This document shows positions 52,363 through 61,675 of a stretch of 64,000 nucleotides of DNA, piece after piece (position 1 is the stretch's first letter; the number at the start of each line of letters is the position of its first letter). The translations under genes and the position numbers were made by a program. Source of the DNA: Candidatus Latescibacterota bacterium. GTDB lineage: Bacteria; Krumholzibacteriota; Krumholzibacteriia; WVZY01; JAKEHA01. The stretch covers positions 832,001 to 896,000 of the forward strand of contig OY970173.1 in assembly GCA_963707635.1 (NCBI GenBank). Direction: 5' to 3'. Below the pieces are notes generated by a model, which saw only the letters and a program-made list of their open reading frames with translations, was not told the origin of the DNA and did no database searches.

Positions 52363-53490
52363 ATGGGCCGCGTGAAGACGCTCGAACGCTCGGGCAAGCG
52401 GGCGCTGATGCGCGCCATCGGGCGCCTGCTCCACGCCCGCCCGCTCTCAACTGAAGAATTCCGCGCCCTGCGTTTCGATCGCATCCTCGTCATCCGGCAG
52501 CACAACCAGATGGGCGACATGATGCTCGCCATTCCGGCGCTGCGCGCGGTCAGGGAAACCTATCCGCGCGCGCGGATCGGGGTGGTGTCGTCTACACTCA
52601 ACGCCGGCGTGCTGGCCAACAGCCCGTTCGTGGATCGCGTGTTCACGTACGACAAGGCGCGCCCCCTGACTGGTGTGCGCCTGCTGCGCGAGTTGCGCGC
52701 GGAGCGATTCGACCTCGCCATCGTGCTCCACACCGTGTCGTTTTCGTTCACCAGCGTGATGCTCGCCGTCCTGTCGGGCGCGCGCATCCGCATGGGGTCG
52801 ACGTCGCGCGCGCTCGGCGACTCGCTGACCGGCTCGTACTTGAACATGACCCTGCCGCTGCCGGACCCGGCGGAGCTCGATCGTATGAACGAGGCCGAAC
52901 ACAACCTGTTTCCACTGCGCGCGGCGGGGATCACGACCGACGACCTCGCGCCGCTGATGGTCCCCGCGGCGGCGAGCGAGCGCTGGGCGGAGGCGTTCGC
53001 GCGCGAGCACTGGCGCGAGGGGTCCCTTCGGCTCGCCGTGCACCCGGGGGCGGGAAAGATCCAGAACATCTGGCCGCCGGAGAACTTCGCAGCGGTGGTG
53101 GATGCGTTGAGCGGGCGTCGTCCGGTAAGCCTGGTGGTCGTGGAAGGGCCGCGGGATGCATTGTCCGTTGCCGCCTTCGCACGCGCGTGCTCGGTTACAG
53201 GTACCGTGCTGCGCGGGAGGTCGATCGTGGACGTCGCCGCGTTGCTCAAGCGCGCCGACCTGGTCATTTGCAACGACACCGGTGTGATGCATGTGGCGGC
53301 CGCGGCGGGCGCGCGCGTGCTGGCGGTTTTCGGGCCGACGGACCCGGCACGATGGGCGCCGCTGTGCGACGGCTTGACGGTGGTGCGAGCGCCGGAGGGG
53401 AACTTACAGGCGGTAACGCCAGAGATGGTGGTGGAAAGGGCGGTGGGAGTGTTGGTGGGGCTCGACTCTCAAGCGGCGATCGACAAGTGA
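52363..53490 (+). CDS. Glycosyltransferase family 9 (LPS heptosyltransferase-like)
   Basis: 'MGDMML', 'HPGAG', 'NDTGVMHVA', 'FGPT'. Confidence 0.92.
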   Translation: MGRVKTLERSGKRALMRAIGRLLHARPLSTEEFRALRFDRILVIRQHNQMGDMMLAIPALRAVRETYPRARIGVVSSTLNAGVLANSPFVDRVFTYDKARPLTGVRLLRELRAERFDLAIVLHTVSFSFTSVMLAVLSGARIRMGSTSRALGDSLTGSYLNMTLPLPDPAELDRMNEAEHNLFPLRAAGITTDDLAPLMVPAAASERWAEAFAREHWREGSLRLAVHPGAGKIQNIWPPENFAAVVDALSGRRPVSLVVVEGPRDALSVAAFARACSVTGTVLRGRSIVDVAALLKRADLVICNDTGVMHVAAAAGARVLAVFGPTDPARWAPLCDGLTVVRAPEGNLQAVTPEMVVERAVGVLVGLDSQAAIDK

Positions 53491-53497
53491 GCTTGCA

Positions 53498-53701
53498 ATG
53501 AACGCAGCCTCCCTATTCTGGGGTTTTCTCTTCGGTTCCATCGGGGTCGGCTTCTTCATTTATGGTAAGAAGCAGCAGAGAATGGTTCCTCTGTTCTGCG
53601 GCGTGGTCTTGATGGTCTTTCCCTACTTTGTCTCCAACCCCATCCTTATTGTTATCATCGGCGCGGTGCTCATGGCCGTTCCTTACTTCGTCAGAATGTG
53701 A
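53498..53701 (+). CDS. Small hydrophobic membrane protein
   Basis: 67 aa, 2-3 TMs, 'YGKKQ', 'FPYFV'. Confidence 0.7.
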   Translation: MNAASLFWGFLFGSIGVGFFIYGKKQQRMVPLFCGVVLMVFPYFVSNPILIVIIGAVLMAVPYFVRM

Positions 53702-53821
53702 GCGAGGTCCCTCCGTAGGCCAGACCGTTGTCATTCCCGCCCACAGGAGGGCTTATTTCCTTGCGGCTCGGGGGTGGTCGGGTGCATGTTGGGTATTCGG
53801 GCCGCTAGTAAGGAACAGACC

Positions 53822-54331
53822 ATGCACCGTCGAATGCGGAGCGACCCCGCCCCGGTTCTGTTCGCGTTATTGCTCCTGATTGCAGCTTCGCCGTCGGCGC
53901 AGGCCGGCGATGCCTCTGAAACCATCGCCGTGATGGATTCCGTCGCGGTCGATTCGATTCCCCTGATCGGCAATGTGGTCTATCTCGACTTCTGGGCGTC
54001 GTGGTGCGTTCCCTGTCGGGAATCGTTCCCATGGATGAAGGGGCTCGTGGACAAGTACCGGGCGCGCGGGTTGCGCGTGATTACGGTCAATCTCGACAGG
54101 GATCCCGCCGCCGGAAAGAAGTTCCTGCAGGAGCTGCAGTCACCCTTGCCGGTCGTGTTCGATTCCAAAGGATCGCTCGCGAAGCTCTACCACCTCGACG
54201 TACTTCCAACCTCCTTCATCTATGGACGCGACGGCAAACTCAAAACGCGTCATGAAGGATTCCATGCCCCGGAAACGGCATTTCTCGAGGCCCTGATCGA
54301 CACTCTTCTTGAGGAGAAACCAAAAAAATGA
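53822..54331 (+). CDS. TlpA-family thiol:disulfide oxidoreductase
   Basis: Signal peptide; 'DFWASWCVPC', 'LPTS'. Confidence 0.92.
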   Translation: MHRRMRSDPAPVLFALLLLIAASPSAQAGDASETIAVMDSVAVDSIPLIGNVVYLDFWASWCVPCRESFPWMKGLVDKYRARGLRVITVNLDRDPAAGKKFLQELQSPLPVVFDSKGSLAKLYHLDVLPTSFIYGRDGKLKTRHEGFHAPETAFLEALIDTLLEEKPKK

Positions 54332-54561
54332 AAACCGTCGGACGTTTGGCAGTCATGTTGGCAGTCACCGTCGCCGCGGCGTTGCTTGGCGCCTGCTCGA
54401 CGGTCGGGGTCGAGGTCTGGGAACGCGACATCCTGGCAAGACCGGAGATGGGGCCGGACTACGCCCGCGTGGACAGGGCGCTCGACGATCACATCTACTT
54501 CAGCAAGGAAGCATCGACTGGCGGGCGTGGACTCGGTGGTGGTGGCTGCGGATGCAACTGA
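54328..54561 (+). CDS. DUF4266-like lipoprotein
   Basis: Lipobox 'LGAC'; 'WER..LA..EM'; C-terminal GGGGCGCN. Confidence 0.9.
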   Translation: MKTVGRLAVMLAVTVAAALLGACSTVGVEVWERDILARPEMGPDYARVDRALDDHIYFSKEASTGGRGLGGGGCGCN

Positions 54562-55850
54562 ACCGCCCCGAGCGGATCGCAACCGCGTTGAGCGCGTTTA
54601 CCGCCGCGCTGCTGGGATCCGGAGCGAGTGTGTCGGCGGACTCCGGGAGGGTCGACTCCTCACTGCTCATCTATTCCGAGGTGGACCGGGTCAAGGCGGC
54701 GGAGGCGGTCATCGATTACCGGAAGACCGTGAGCGAGCATCGAAGCTTCGGGCTTCGGTTGACGCTGGACGCCCTGACCGGCGCGTCGCCAAATGGCGCC
54801 ACGCCGTCGAGCAATGTTCAAACCTTCACGGGAGCGTCCGGGAGCACGGGATACACGGCCCCGGCCGGACAGATCCCGCTGGACGATACCTTCACCGACC
54901 AGAGACTCGGTCTGGACGGCTCCTTCGCCGAGTCCCTGGATCGCCTCACGGTGCTGACGGTGGGCGGCCACTTTTCCATTGAACACGATTACTCCTCGGT
55001 CGGCGTAAGCGGCGGACTCAGCCGGGACCTCAATCACCGGAATACGACGCTGAGCGTGTCGGGGTCCTACGACCACGATACCGTTTCACCGATCGGCGGG
55101 GCGCCGGCCCCGTTTTCGGCGATGCCACCACCGACTCCCAGTTCGGAAGAAGAAGAAGACGAGGGCGAGGGTGGTGGATCCGGGCCCGGAGAAGGCAAGG
55201 ACGTCCTCGACGCCGTCGTCGGAGTCAGTCAGGTGTTGTCCCGGAAAACTATTCTACGGATGGACTATTCCTGCGGCCGGTCATCCGGGTACCTGAATGA
55301 CCCGTACAAGCTGCTCAGCGTGGTTCAGGACGAGAGTGGGACCGCGCCCGGCGAACCCGTCGACTACATCTACGAGAGCCGACCCGGTGCGCGAGTCAGG
55401 CAAGCGCTGTTCTCGGAGTTGAGGCAATACGTCGCGAGAAGCACCGTCGACGTGTCCTACCGGTATTTCTGGGATGATTGGGGAATCGTCTCGCACACCG
55501 TCGACCTGCTTTCCACTCTCCCGTTGGGAGGCGGCAGGAGCATTGAGCCCCACGTCCGCTGGTATCGGCAATCGGCCGCGGACTTCTATCACACGTACCT
55601 GGTTCAGAATCAACCCTTCCCTGAGCGAGCTTCAGCGGACGTCCGACTGGCCGCGTTCGATGCGATGACCTTCGGTCTGAAATTCTCGTTTCCGGTGAAC
55701 GAACTCGATCATCTGGGTCTGACCGCGGAGTACTACACCCAGATGGGAGAGCGAAGCCCGCCCGATGCAATTGGCATACTGAGCCAATACGACCTGTTCC
55801 CCCAACTCGACGTCTTCATGTTCAGAGTCGGTTTCGAGCATGGTTTCTGA
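54552..55850 (+). CDS. DUF3570-like outer-membrane beta-barrel protein
   Basis: 'MQL' start overlapping the DUF4266-like gene; 'DALTGASPNGA', 'GYLNDPY', 'YRYFWDDWGI', terminal F. Confidence 0.85.
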   Translation: MQLNRPERIATALSAFTAALLGSGASVSADSGRVDSSLLIYSEVDRVKAAEAVIDYRKTVSEHRSFGLRLTLDALTGASPNGATPSSNVQTFTGASGSTGYTAPAGQIPLDDTFTDQRLGLDGSFAESLDRLTVLTVGGHFSIEHDYSSVGVSGGLSRDLNHRNTTLSVSGSYDHDTVSPIGGAPAPFSAMPPPTPSSEEEEDEGEGGGSGPGEGKDVLDAVVGVSQVLSRKTILRMDYSCGRSSGYLNDPYKLLSVVQDESGTAPGEPVDYIYESRPGARVRQALFSELRQYVARSTVDVSYRYFWDDWGIVSHTVDLLSTLPLGGGRSIEPHVRWYRQSAADFYHTYLVQNQPFPERASADVRLAAFDAMTFGLKFSFPVNELDHLGLTAEYYTQMGERSPPDAIGILSQYDLFPQLDVFMFRVGFEHGF

Positions 55851-56742
55851 AGCGGCGCAACCGTTCTCGCTCCGTCGCGCAGATTCTCACTGGGTCGCCA
55901 CGTACGCCGCGATGGCGAGCCCGTGTGAAATACACATGCGCTGCGACGACGCGAAAGACGCCCATCGACTGGCGGTGCTCGCGTATCAGGAAACCACTCG
56001 CATTGAGGCGAAATTCAGCCGGTATCGCAGGGACAACATAGTTCACGCCATCAACCACAGTAACGGGGCCACCGTGCGCGTGGATGACGAGACGTCGAGT
56101 CTGCTGCGCTACGCGGGGCAGTGTTACCAGGTCAGCGATGGGCGTTTCGACATTACATCCGGGGTATTGCGGCGCGCATGGGTATTCGACGGCCGGGAAG
56201 CGAGACCCGACCCGGCGCTGATCCAATCGCTATTGGACCGGGTCGGGTGGAACCGGGTCGAGTTCGATGGAAGCAGCATCCGGTTGATGCGGGATATGGA
56301 GGTCGATTTTGGGGGCATCGGCAAGGAATACGCCGCCGATAAGGTTGCGGGTCTGCTCGCCGCGTCCGGAGACATCGCCGTGATGGTCAATCTGGGGGGC
56401 GATATTCGCACCGTCGCCCGCGGAGAGGCACAGCGATCGTGGAGCATCGGCATCGAGGACCCCACGGGAAAGAATGTCGCGGTTGGCCAGCTCGAACTCG
56501 CGAACGGCGCTGTCGCGACCAGCGGAGATGCCCGTCGCTTCTGTTATGTCGATGGCGTGCGTCTGGGACACATCCTGGATCCGCGCACCGGTTGGCCCGT
56601 CGCCGGCGCGCCTCGCAGTGCGACGGTGATCGCCGACACCTGCAGCGCGGCCGGTTTCCTGGCGACTGTGGCCATGCTTCATGGCACCGACGCGGAAAAG
56701 TTCCTGGACGCACAGGGAGTCACCTATCATTGCGTCCGGTGA
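55840..56742 (+). CDS. apbE: FAD:protein FMN transferase (ApbE family)
   Basis: 'FDIT', 'DFGGIGK', 'NLGGD', 'ATSG', 'HILDPRTG'. Confidence 0.92.
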   Translation: MVSEAAQPFSLRRADSHWVATYAAMASPCEIHMRCDDAKDAHRLAVLAYQETTRIEAKFSRYRRDNIVHAINHSNGATVRVDDETSSLLRYAGQCYQVSDGRFDITSGVLRRAWVFDGREARPDPALIQSLLDRVGWNRVEFDGSSIRLMRDMEVDFGGIGKEYAADKVAGLLAASGDIAVMVNLGGDIRTVARGEAQRSWSIGIEDPTGKNVAVGQLELANGAVATSGDARRFCYVDGVRLGHILDPRTGWPVAGAPRSATVIADTCSAAGFLATVAMLHGTDAEKFLDAQGVTYHCVR

Positions 56743-56814
56743 TCATGGGCTTGCGGCGCCACTGGCAATCGTGCTCGCGACGCGCAAGGAACGACGCCGC
56801 CATTCCGGCGCCGA

Positions 56815-58638
56815 TCAGTAGCGGGGGCTCAGCGTAATGTGCAGCGGGAGCGTTTCGTTGGCCTCGATAGAGACCTCCGACGTCCACGTGAAGTAGTTCA
56901 GCTTCTTGATCATTAGCGTGTGCGTCCCGGCCGTCACCTCGATGGGGTGGCGGATCGGTGTGGTGCCGACGAATTCGCCGTCGATGTAGAACTCGGCGCC
57001 TTCCTGTGTGGCCAGGCTGATGATCCCCTTGAGCTTCTTCAAGATGATGGTGCGCCGCGACATTTCGCCCGCCACGATGCGGAGGGTTTCCGAGTACGGT
57101 TCGTGCTTCGGATACCGGCACTCGATGGTCTGCTTGCCTGCCGGCAGCGTGAGCCGGAGCGTCGGGGACGCGTCGCCGCGGTAGGTACCATTCACGTACA
57201 CCTGCGCCAGCGGTTCCACCTCGAGGGTCAGATAACCGTCGCGTTTCGGCCGCTCGACGGGCTCGCTTTTCTGCGTCGCGGGCGTTTCTGTGGGTGTCAC
57301 CGGCTGGGCTTTGTCGGTCCCAGTGGTCTCCACCGGCGGATCGTTTGCGGGTTTCGAGGACGGGTCCGCGCGCCAGGGCATGGCGGGCGGCGCGGACGGA
57401 CCCGCCGGCTCTGCGGCGGTCGTCTCCGAGCGGGCGAGGGTCGATTCCGGAGCCGACGTCGCGGCGATCGACGTGTCGGTCGCGGACGCGGCCGCGCTGT
57501 CCGGCGTCGACAACGGCGTCGCGATGAAGTCGAGCGCGCCTTCGGTAACGGTTGCCTGCTGGACGCCGGGCGTGGGGTCGAGATTAGACGCGCCGGTCGA
57601 GCGCGCCCGCGGCCAGAAGAACCACCAGCCGGCCCCGCCCATCACCAGCGCGACCACGATCATCGTCACCCAAAGACCCCCGTGGGAACCATGCTTGGCG
57701 GCGGCGGTGCTCTTCGCCCACGATGCCGAGGTAGCCCCCTTCGTGGGCTTGGTTCGCGGCAGTATCCGGGTCTGCGTGTCGCGCTCGAGGAGGGCGGGAA
57801 GCCCCTTGGTAGCGGCACTGAGGCCTTCCAACCCCAGCACCGCCTCGATCGCTTCGCGAAACATTCGCGCCGACTGAAACCGTTCTTCGCGGTTCTTGGC
57901 GAGGGCCTTCATGACCATGGCGTCCACCGCGGGTGGCACCTGGGAGTTGATTTCCTTCACCGACGGCACGCGCCCGTGGATGATGTTCTGGATGACGCCC
58001 ATGTAGTTTTCGCTCGCGAACGGCTGGCGCCCGGTGAGGAGCTCGTAGAGCACCGTGCCGAGCGAAAAGAGATCGCTGCGCTGGTCGACGCTTTCGCCGA
58101 ACGCCTGCTCCGGCGACATGTAGAGCGGGGTGCCGAGGATCGAATCCGCCGCCGTCTGGACGGTGTTGCCGTGGGTGAGCTTGGCGAGTCCGAAGTCCGT
58201 GATCTTCGCGACCCCGCTCTTGGTCAGCATGACGTTGCCCGGCTTGATGTCGCGGTGGACGATGCCCTTGGAGTGCGCGTGCTCGAGACCGCGCAGGATC
58301 TGGTGCGCGAGGGCGAGGGCGAGTTCGGGCTGGATGGGGCGCCAGCGCTCGAGCACTTCCTTGAGGCTCTCGCCCTCGACGAACTCCATCACCATCTGAT
58401 AGCTGCCGGCCTCGACGCCGAAATCGATCACCCGCACGATGTTTTCGTGGTCGAGGGACGCGGCCGCCTTGGCTTCGAGCACGAAGCGGCGCGTGAAATT
58501 CTCGTCCTGCGTGAGGTGCGGGTGCAGGCGCTTGACCGCGACCACGCGGTCGAGCGAAACCTGGACCGCCTTGAACAGCACGGCCGTCCCGCCGGTGGCG
58601 ACGGTCTGGATGATGTTGAAGCTGGGATTCTCGCTCAC
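56815..58638 (-). CDS. Ser/Thr protein kinase with TM and PEGA domains
   Basis: HRDIKPGN, DFG, GTPLYMSPE; TM helix; 'YIDGEFVGTTP' PEGA-like repeat. Confidence 0.93.
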   Translation of the reverse strand: MSENPSFNIIQTVATGGTAVLFKAVQVSLDRVVAVKRLHPHLTQDENFTRRFVLEAKAAASLDHENIVRVIDFGVEAGSYQMVMEFVEGESLKEVLERWRPIQPELALALAHQILRGLEHAHSKGIVHRDIKPGNVMLTKSGVAKITDFGLAKLTHGNTVQTAADSILGTPLYMSPEQAFGESVDQRSDLFSLGTVLYELLTGRQPFASENYMGVIQNIIHGRVPSVKEINSQVPPAVDAMVMKALAKNREERFQSARMFREAIEAVLGLEGLSAATKGLPALLERDTQTRILPRTKPTKGATSASWAKSTAAAKHGSHGGLWVTMIVVALVMGGAGWWFFWPRARSTGASNLDPTPGVQQATVTEGALDFIATPLSTPDSAAASATDTSIAATSAPESTLARSETTAAEPAGPSAPPAMPWRADPSSKPANDPPVETTGTDKAQPVTPTETPATQKSEPVERPKRDGYLTLEVEPLAQVYVNGTYRGDASPTLRLTLPAGKQTIECRYPKHEPYSETLRIVAGEMSRRTIILKKLKGIISLATQEGAEFYIDGEFVGTTPIRHPIEVTAGTHTLMIKKLNYFTWTSEVSIEANETLPLHITLSPRY

Positions 58639-58642
58639 GCCG

Positions 58643-59374
58643 TCACCTCGCGAGCACGAGCCGCTCCGCCAGGTACGAAGGCAACCCGTTCGAGAGAATC
58701 TTCCCCTGCGAGGTCGAGATATCGTAGGGAATGCGGATGAACTCGAGGCTGCGGGCCTCCTCGTCGAGCAGCACCGCGCACGCGTCCGGGTTGGAGTCGC
58801 GCGGCTGGCCGATCGAGCCGACGTTGACGAAGTAGCGCGTGTCGTCGTCGAGTTTCGCTTTCGAGTCGCGCTGGACCTCCATGCGGCCGGTCTTCTTGCT
58901 CATCGTGACCAGCACCGGCAGGTGGGTGTGGCCGACAAAGCAGAAGCGCTGGCCGATGTGCGCGAACACGTCGGCGACTTCCTCGAGCGTGCGGATGTAC
59001 GCAAACCGTATCGGGTCGAGCGGCGACGCGTGGGTGTAGCAGTAGTCTCCGTCGACGTACTGCAGCGGCAGGTTGCCGAGCAGGTCCTTGTCTTCCGCGT
59101 TCAACTGCTCGCGCGTCCATTCGATGGAGCGCTTGGCGATCGCGTTGAATTCATCGGTCGGGATGACGCCCGCGACCGCGAGGTCGTGGTTGCCCGCGAG
59201 CATGAGGTTCGCCTTGTCGCCCACCAGGTCGATACACGGCTGCGGATCCGCGCCGTATCCGACCACGTCGCCCAGGCACATCAACTGGTACGGCTCGAAC
59301 TTGCGCGCGGCCTCCAGCGTGGCCTGGAGCGCTTCGAGGTTCCCGTGGATGTCGGAGATCAAGAGGTAACGCAT
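58643..59374 (-). CDS. Metallophosphoesterase (calcineurin-like)
   Basis: DIHGN, GDVVGYG, GNHD, GHTH, NVGSIGQPRD. Confidence 0.93.
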   Translation of the reverse strand: MRYLLISDIHGNLEALQATLEAARKFEPYQLMCLGDVVGYGADPQPCIDLVGDKANLMLAGNHDLAVAGVIPTDEFNAIAKRSIEWTREQLNAEDKDLLGNLPLQYVDGDYCYTHASPLDPIRFAYIRTLEEVADVFAHIGQRFCFVGHTHLPVLVTMSKKTGRMEVQRDSKAKLDDDTRYFVNVGSIGQPRDSNPDACAVLLDEEARSLEFIRIPYDISTSQGKILSNGLPSYLAERLVLAR

Positions 59375-59402
59375 CGATGCCTCCGCGCTGGATGGTGCCG
59401 AA

Positions 59403-60872
59403 TTACTCGTGAAAAACGATCAGCTCGTTGGCGAGCTGGATCTCGTCGTTGTCCTGGAGTTCGACTTCTTTGACGGACCGGCCGGCGACCCGGATCGGCC
59501 GCAGGCCTCCGACGCGGCGCAGGATCACGCGCTCGTTTTCGCGCACGATCTCGGCGTGGCGGGCGCCCACGAACAACCCTCCGACCCGCACGTCCGCGGT
59601 CTCGTGGCTGCCGATCGTCACCGCGACCTCGGTGACCTCCAGCACGCGGTCGCCGTGGGCCGTGCGCACGATCAGGCGCGGTCGGCGTCGCGACGCGACG
59701 GTTGCGGTCGCGCCGCCGGCGACCCCCTGGGGTACCGACTGCGCCTTGGGGTCGTGGCTGCGCGACCGAGCCAGCTCAATAGCCTTGGTCGCCACCGCGG
59801 AGTCCGCGGTTTTTTCGCCCGCGGCGCCGTGCATGCCGCCCGCCGCCATTTGGCTGCGCGAGAACACCATGGTCTGATCGAACCCCGGGATTTCAGGCTC
59901 GGCCACCGCGTGGCCGCTCTGGGTGCGGAACTGGATCGTATGCTTGCCGATCGTGATCTCGTCGCCGTCCACGAGCGTGCGGCGGGTGACGCGCTCGTGG
60001 TTGACTTCGGTGCCGTTGAGGCTGTCGCAGTCGCGCACGACGTAGCTGCCGCGGTCCTCTTCGATGACGGAATGCAGTCGCGACACCGCCAGATTGTCGA
60101 TCACAATGTCGTTGTCGGGGGTGCGGCCGATGCGCAGGCGCGGACGGTCCATCTCCCAGCGCCCGATTTCACGATCCTTGAAACGCAGGATGACGAGCGG
60201 CGGTTTGGAAAGAAACACGTCCTCGAAGCGACCCACGAACGAGTCGGGGAGATTCTTCGCGTCCGGCGCGAAGGACACCAGGAAGTCCTCGTACAGGCTG
60301 ATGGTGAGCGGCTTCTCCGCGGCGCAGGTGTAGACCTTGACCAGGAACTCTTCGCGGAACGTGCCCTCGCGCGGCGCGGCGAACGACTGCTCGTGGCAGA
60401 ACGCCGCGGTCTTGCCCTTTTCGTAGCGCAGCACGGCCAGAAACGAGTCGCGCGCCGCGGCGACGATGCAGCTCTTGCCCTCGGCCTCGATCTTGTCGAG
60501 CAGCTCGTCGAGGTCGACGAGGTTCGTCATCACGCGCAAGGCGGGTTTCTTCTGGGCCACCACCAGGAACGAATGCAGCAGCTTCGTGCTGAGCTCGAGA
60601 ATCGCCGCGCGCGGAAAGTTCATGTTGGTCGCGCCGACCAGGAAGTCGCGAATCGAGGTCGGCCCGAGCTGCCCGGCGACGGCCTCGGCGGCGGCGTAGA
60701 TCTGCCGCTCGCGCAGCAGGAGAAAACGCTGCGCGGTGGCGTCGTAGATCTCGAGCACGGTCGGCTTGGTCGCGCTGGCGTCGAGCGCGCGACGGATCAG
60801 GTCGTTGATCGACGACTTGGTGACGTCGCCCGTTTCCGCGACGATGCCGACGTATGGGATGGTGATTCTCAC
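59403..60872 (-). CDS. Double FHA-domain protein
   Basis: FHA1 'IGR...NDI...AVSRLH...SLNGT'; degenerate FHA2 'IGS...VGARHA'; GTG start after AAAAGG. Confidence 0.85.
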   Translation of the reverse strand: MRITIPYVGIVAETGDVTKSSINDLIRRALDASATKPTVLEIYDATAQRFLLLRERQIYAAAEAVAGQLGPTSIRDFLVGATNMNFPRAAILELSTKLLHSFLVVAQKKPALRVMTNLVDLDELLDKIEAEGKSCIVAAARDSFLAVLRYEKGKTAAFCHEQSFAAPREGTFREEFLVKVYTCAAEKPLTISLYEDFLVSFAPDAKNLPDSFVGRFEDVFLSKPPLVILRFKDREIGRWEMDRPRLRIGRTPDNDIVIDNLAVSRLHSVIEEDRGSYVVRDCDSLNGTEVNHERVTRRTLVDGDEITIGKHTIQFRTQSGHAVAEPEIPGFDQTMVFSRSQMAAGGMHGAAGEKTADSAVATKAIELARSRSHDPKAQSVPQGVAGGATATVASRRRPRLIVRTAHGDRVLEVTEVAVTIGSHETADVRVGGLFVGARHAEIVRENERVILRRVGGLRPIRVAGRSVKEVELQDNDEIQLANELIVFHE

Positions 60873-60940
60873 GGTGCAACCTTTTTGCCGACTTGCGCGG
60901 CGACCGGGCCCGGAACACGTTGTCGACGCGACGAAAAAGG

Positions 60941-60955
60941 GCAAGTTCCATGCCA
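60941..60955 (-). promoter_or_regulatory. Putative sigma54 -24/-12 promoter (TGGCATGGAACTTGC)
   Basis: TGGC-N7-TTGC consensus, ~70 nt upstream of the FHA gene start. Confidence 0.65.
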
Positions 60956-61162
60956 CGGTTTGCGCGCGATCGCGCGTGTCGACGGCGAGAACGTGGCGTC
61001 CGGACGGCACAATCTCGAGCGGGGTCGCGGGCGTTGCGGGGAGCGATCGAGCGACGGGCGCGGAATGCAACCGTGTGCCCGGAGCACGCGGCCGGCGGCG
61101 GCGTGGGCTGCCCCGTCGTGTGCGATGATGGCGCTCCCATGCACCGAACGCCGCATCGTGCC

Positions 61163-61192
61163 TTGACGTTCCCGCCCGCGACGTGGTATACT
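61163..61192 (+). promoter_or_regulatory. Putative sigma70 promoter of csp (TTGACG-18-TATACT, TG extension)
   Basis: Near-consensus elements, giving a ~120-nt 5' UTR typical of csp genes. Confidence 0.6.
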
Positions 61193-61319
61193 GAACCTCG
61201 TTTCAGGCAAGGATGAGCCACGTGTTTTGCAGCCACTGTGTGACGCAGTCATAGGGGATCCATCGCGCGCTTCGGTGCCCGCGGTGGATTCTGGCTTTTA
61301 GGAAAGGGGGACTGACGCT

Positions 61320-61565
61320 TTGCGCACTTCTGGTAAGGTGAAGTGGTTCAACGAGAATAAGGGCTTTGGCTTCATCGTCGGGGAAGAAGGCGGACGCGAC
61401 ATCTTCGTCCACTATTCCGAGATTCGTGACGACGGCTACCGCACGCTCGCGGAGGGAGAGCTGGTCGAATACGAGTTGATGGATAGCCCGAAGGGGCCGC
61501 AGGCCAAGGCGGTGCTGCGCAGTCAGAAGCACGGGACGGAGCAGGCAGCGGCCGACGCTGCCTAG
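61320..61565 (+). CDS. Cold-shock domain protein
   Basis: 'GKVKWFN..KGFGFI', 'DIFVHYS', 'KGPQA'. Confidence 0.95.
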   Translation: MRTSGKVKWFNENKGFGFIVGEEGGRDIFVHYSEIRDDGYRTLAEGELVEYELMDSPKGPQAKAVLRSQKHGTEQAAADAA

Positions 61566-61585
61566 GCGCTCGTCGTCTTCGCGCT

Positions 61586-61638
61586 AAACACAGATCCCCG
61601 TACCAGCGCGTGGCGCGGGTACGGGGATCGTGTTTTTT
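61586..61638. terminator. Intrinsic (probably bidirectional) terminator
   Basis: GATCCCCGTACC...GGTACGGGGATC stem followed by a T-tract, between convergent genes. Confidence 0.8.
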
Positions 61639-61675
61639 CTGGAGCCGGTGCGCGAGACCGCGCGCGGCGCCGGCG

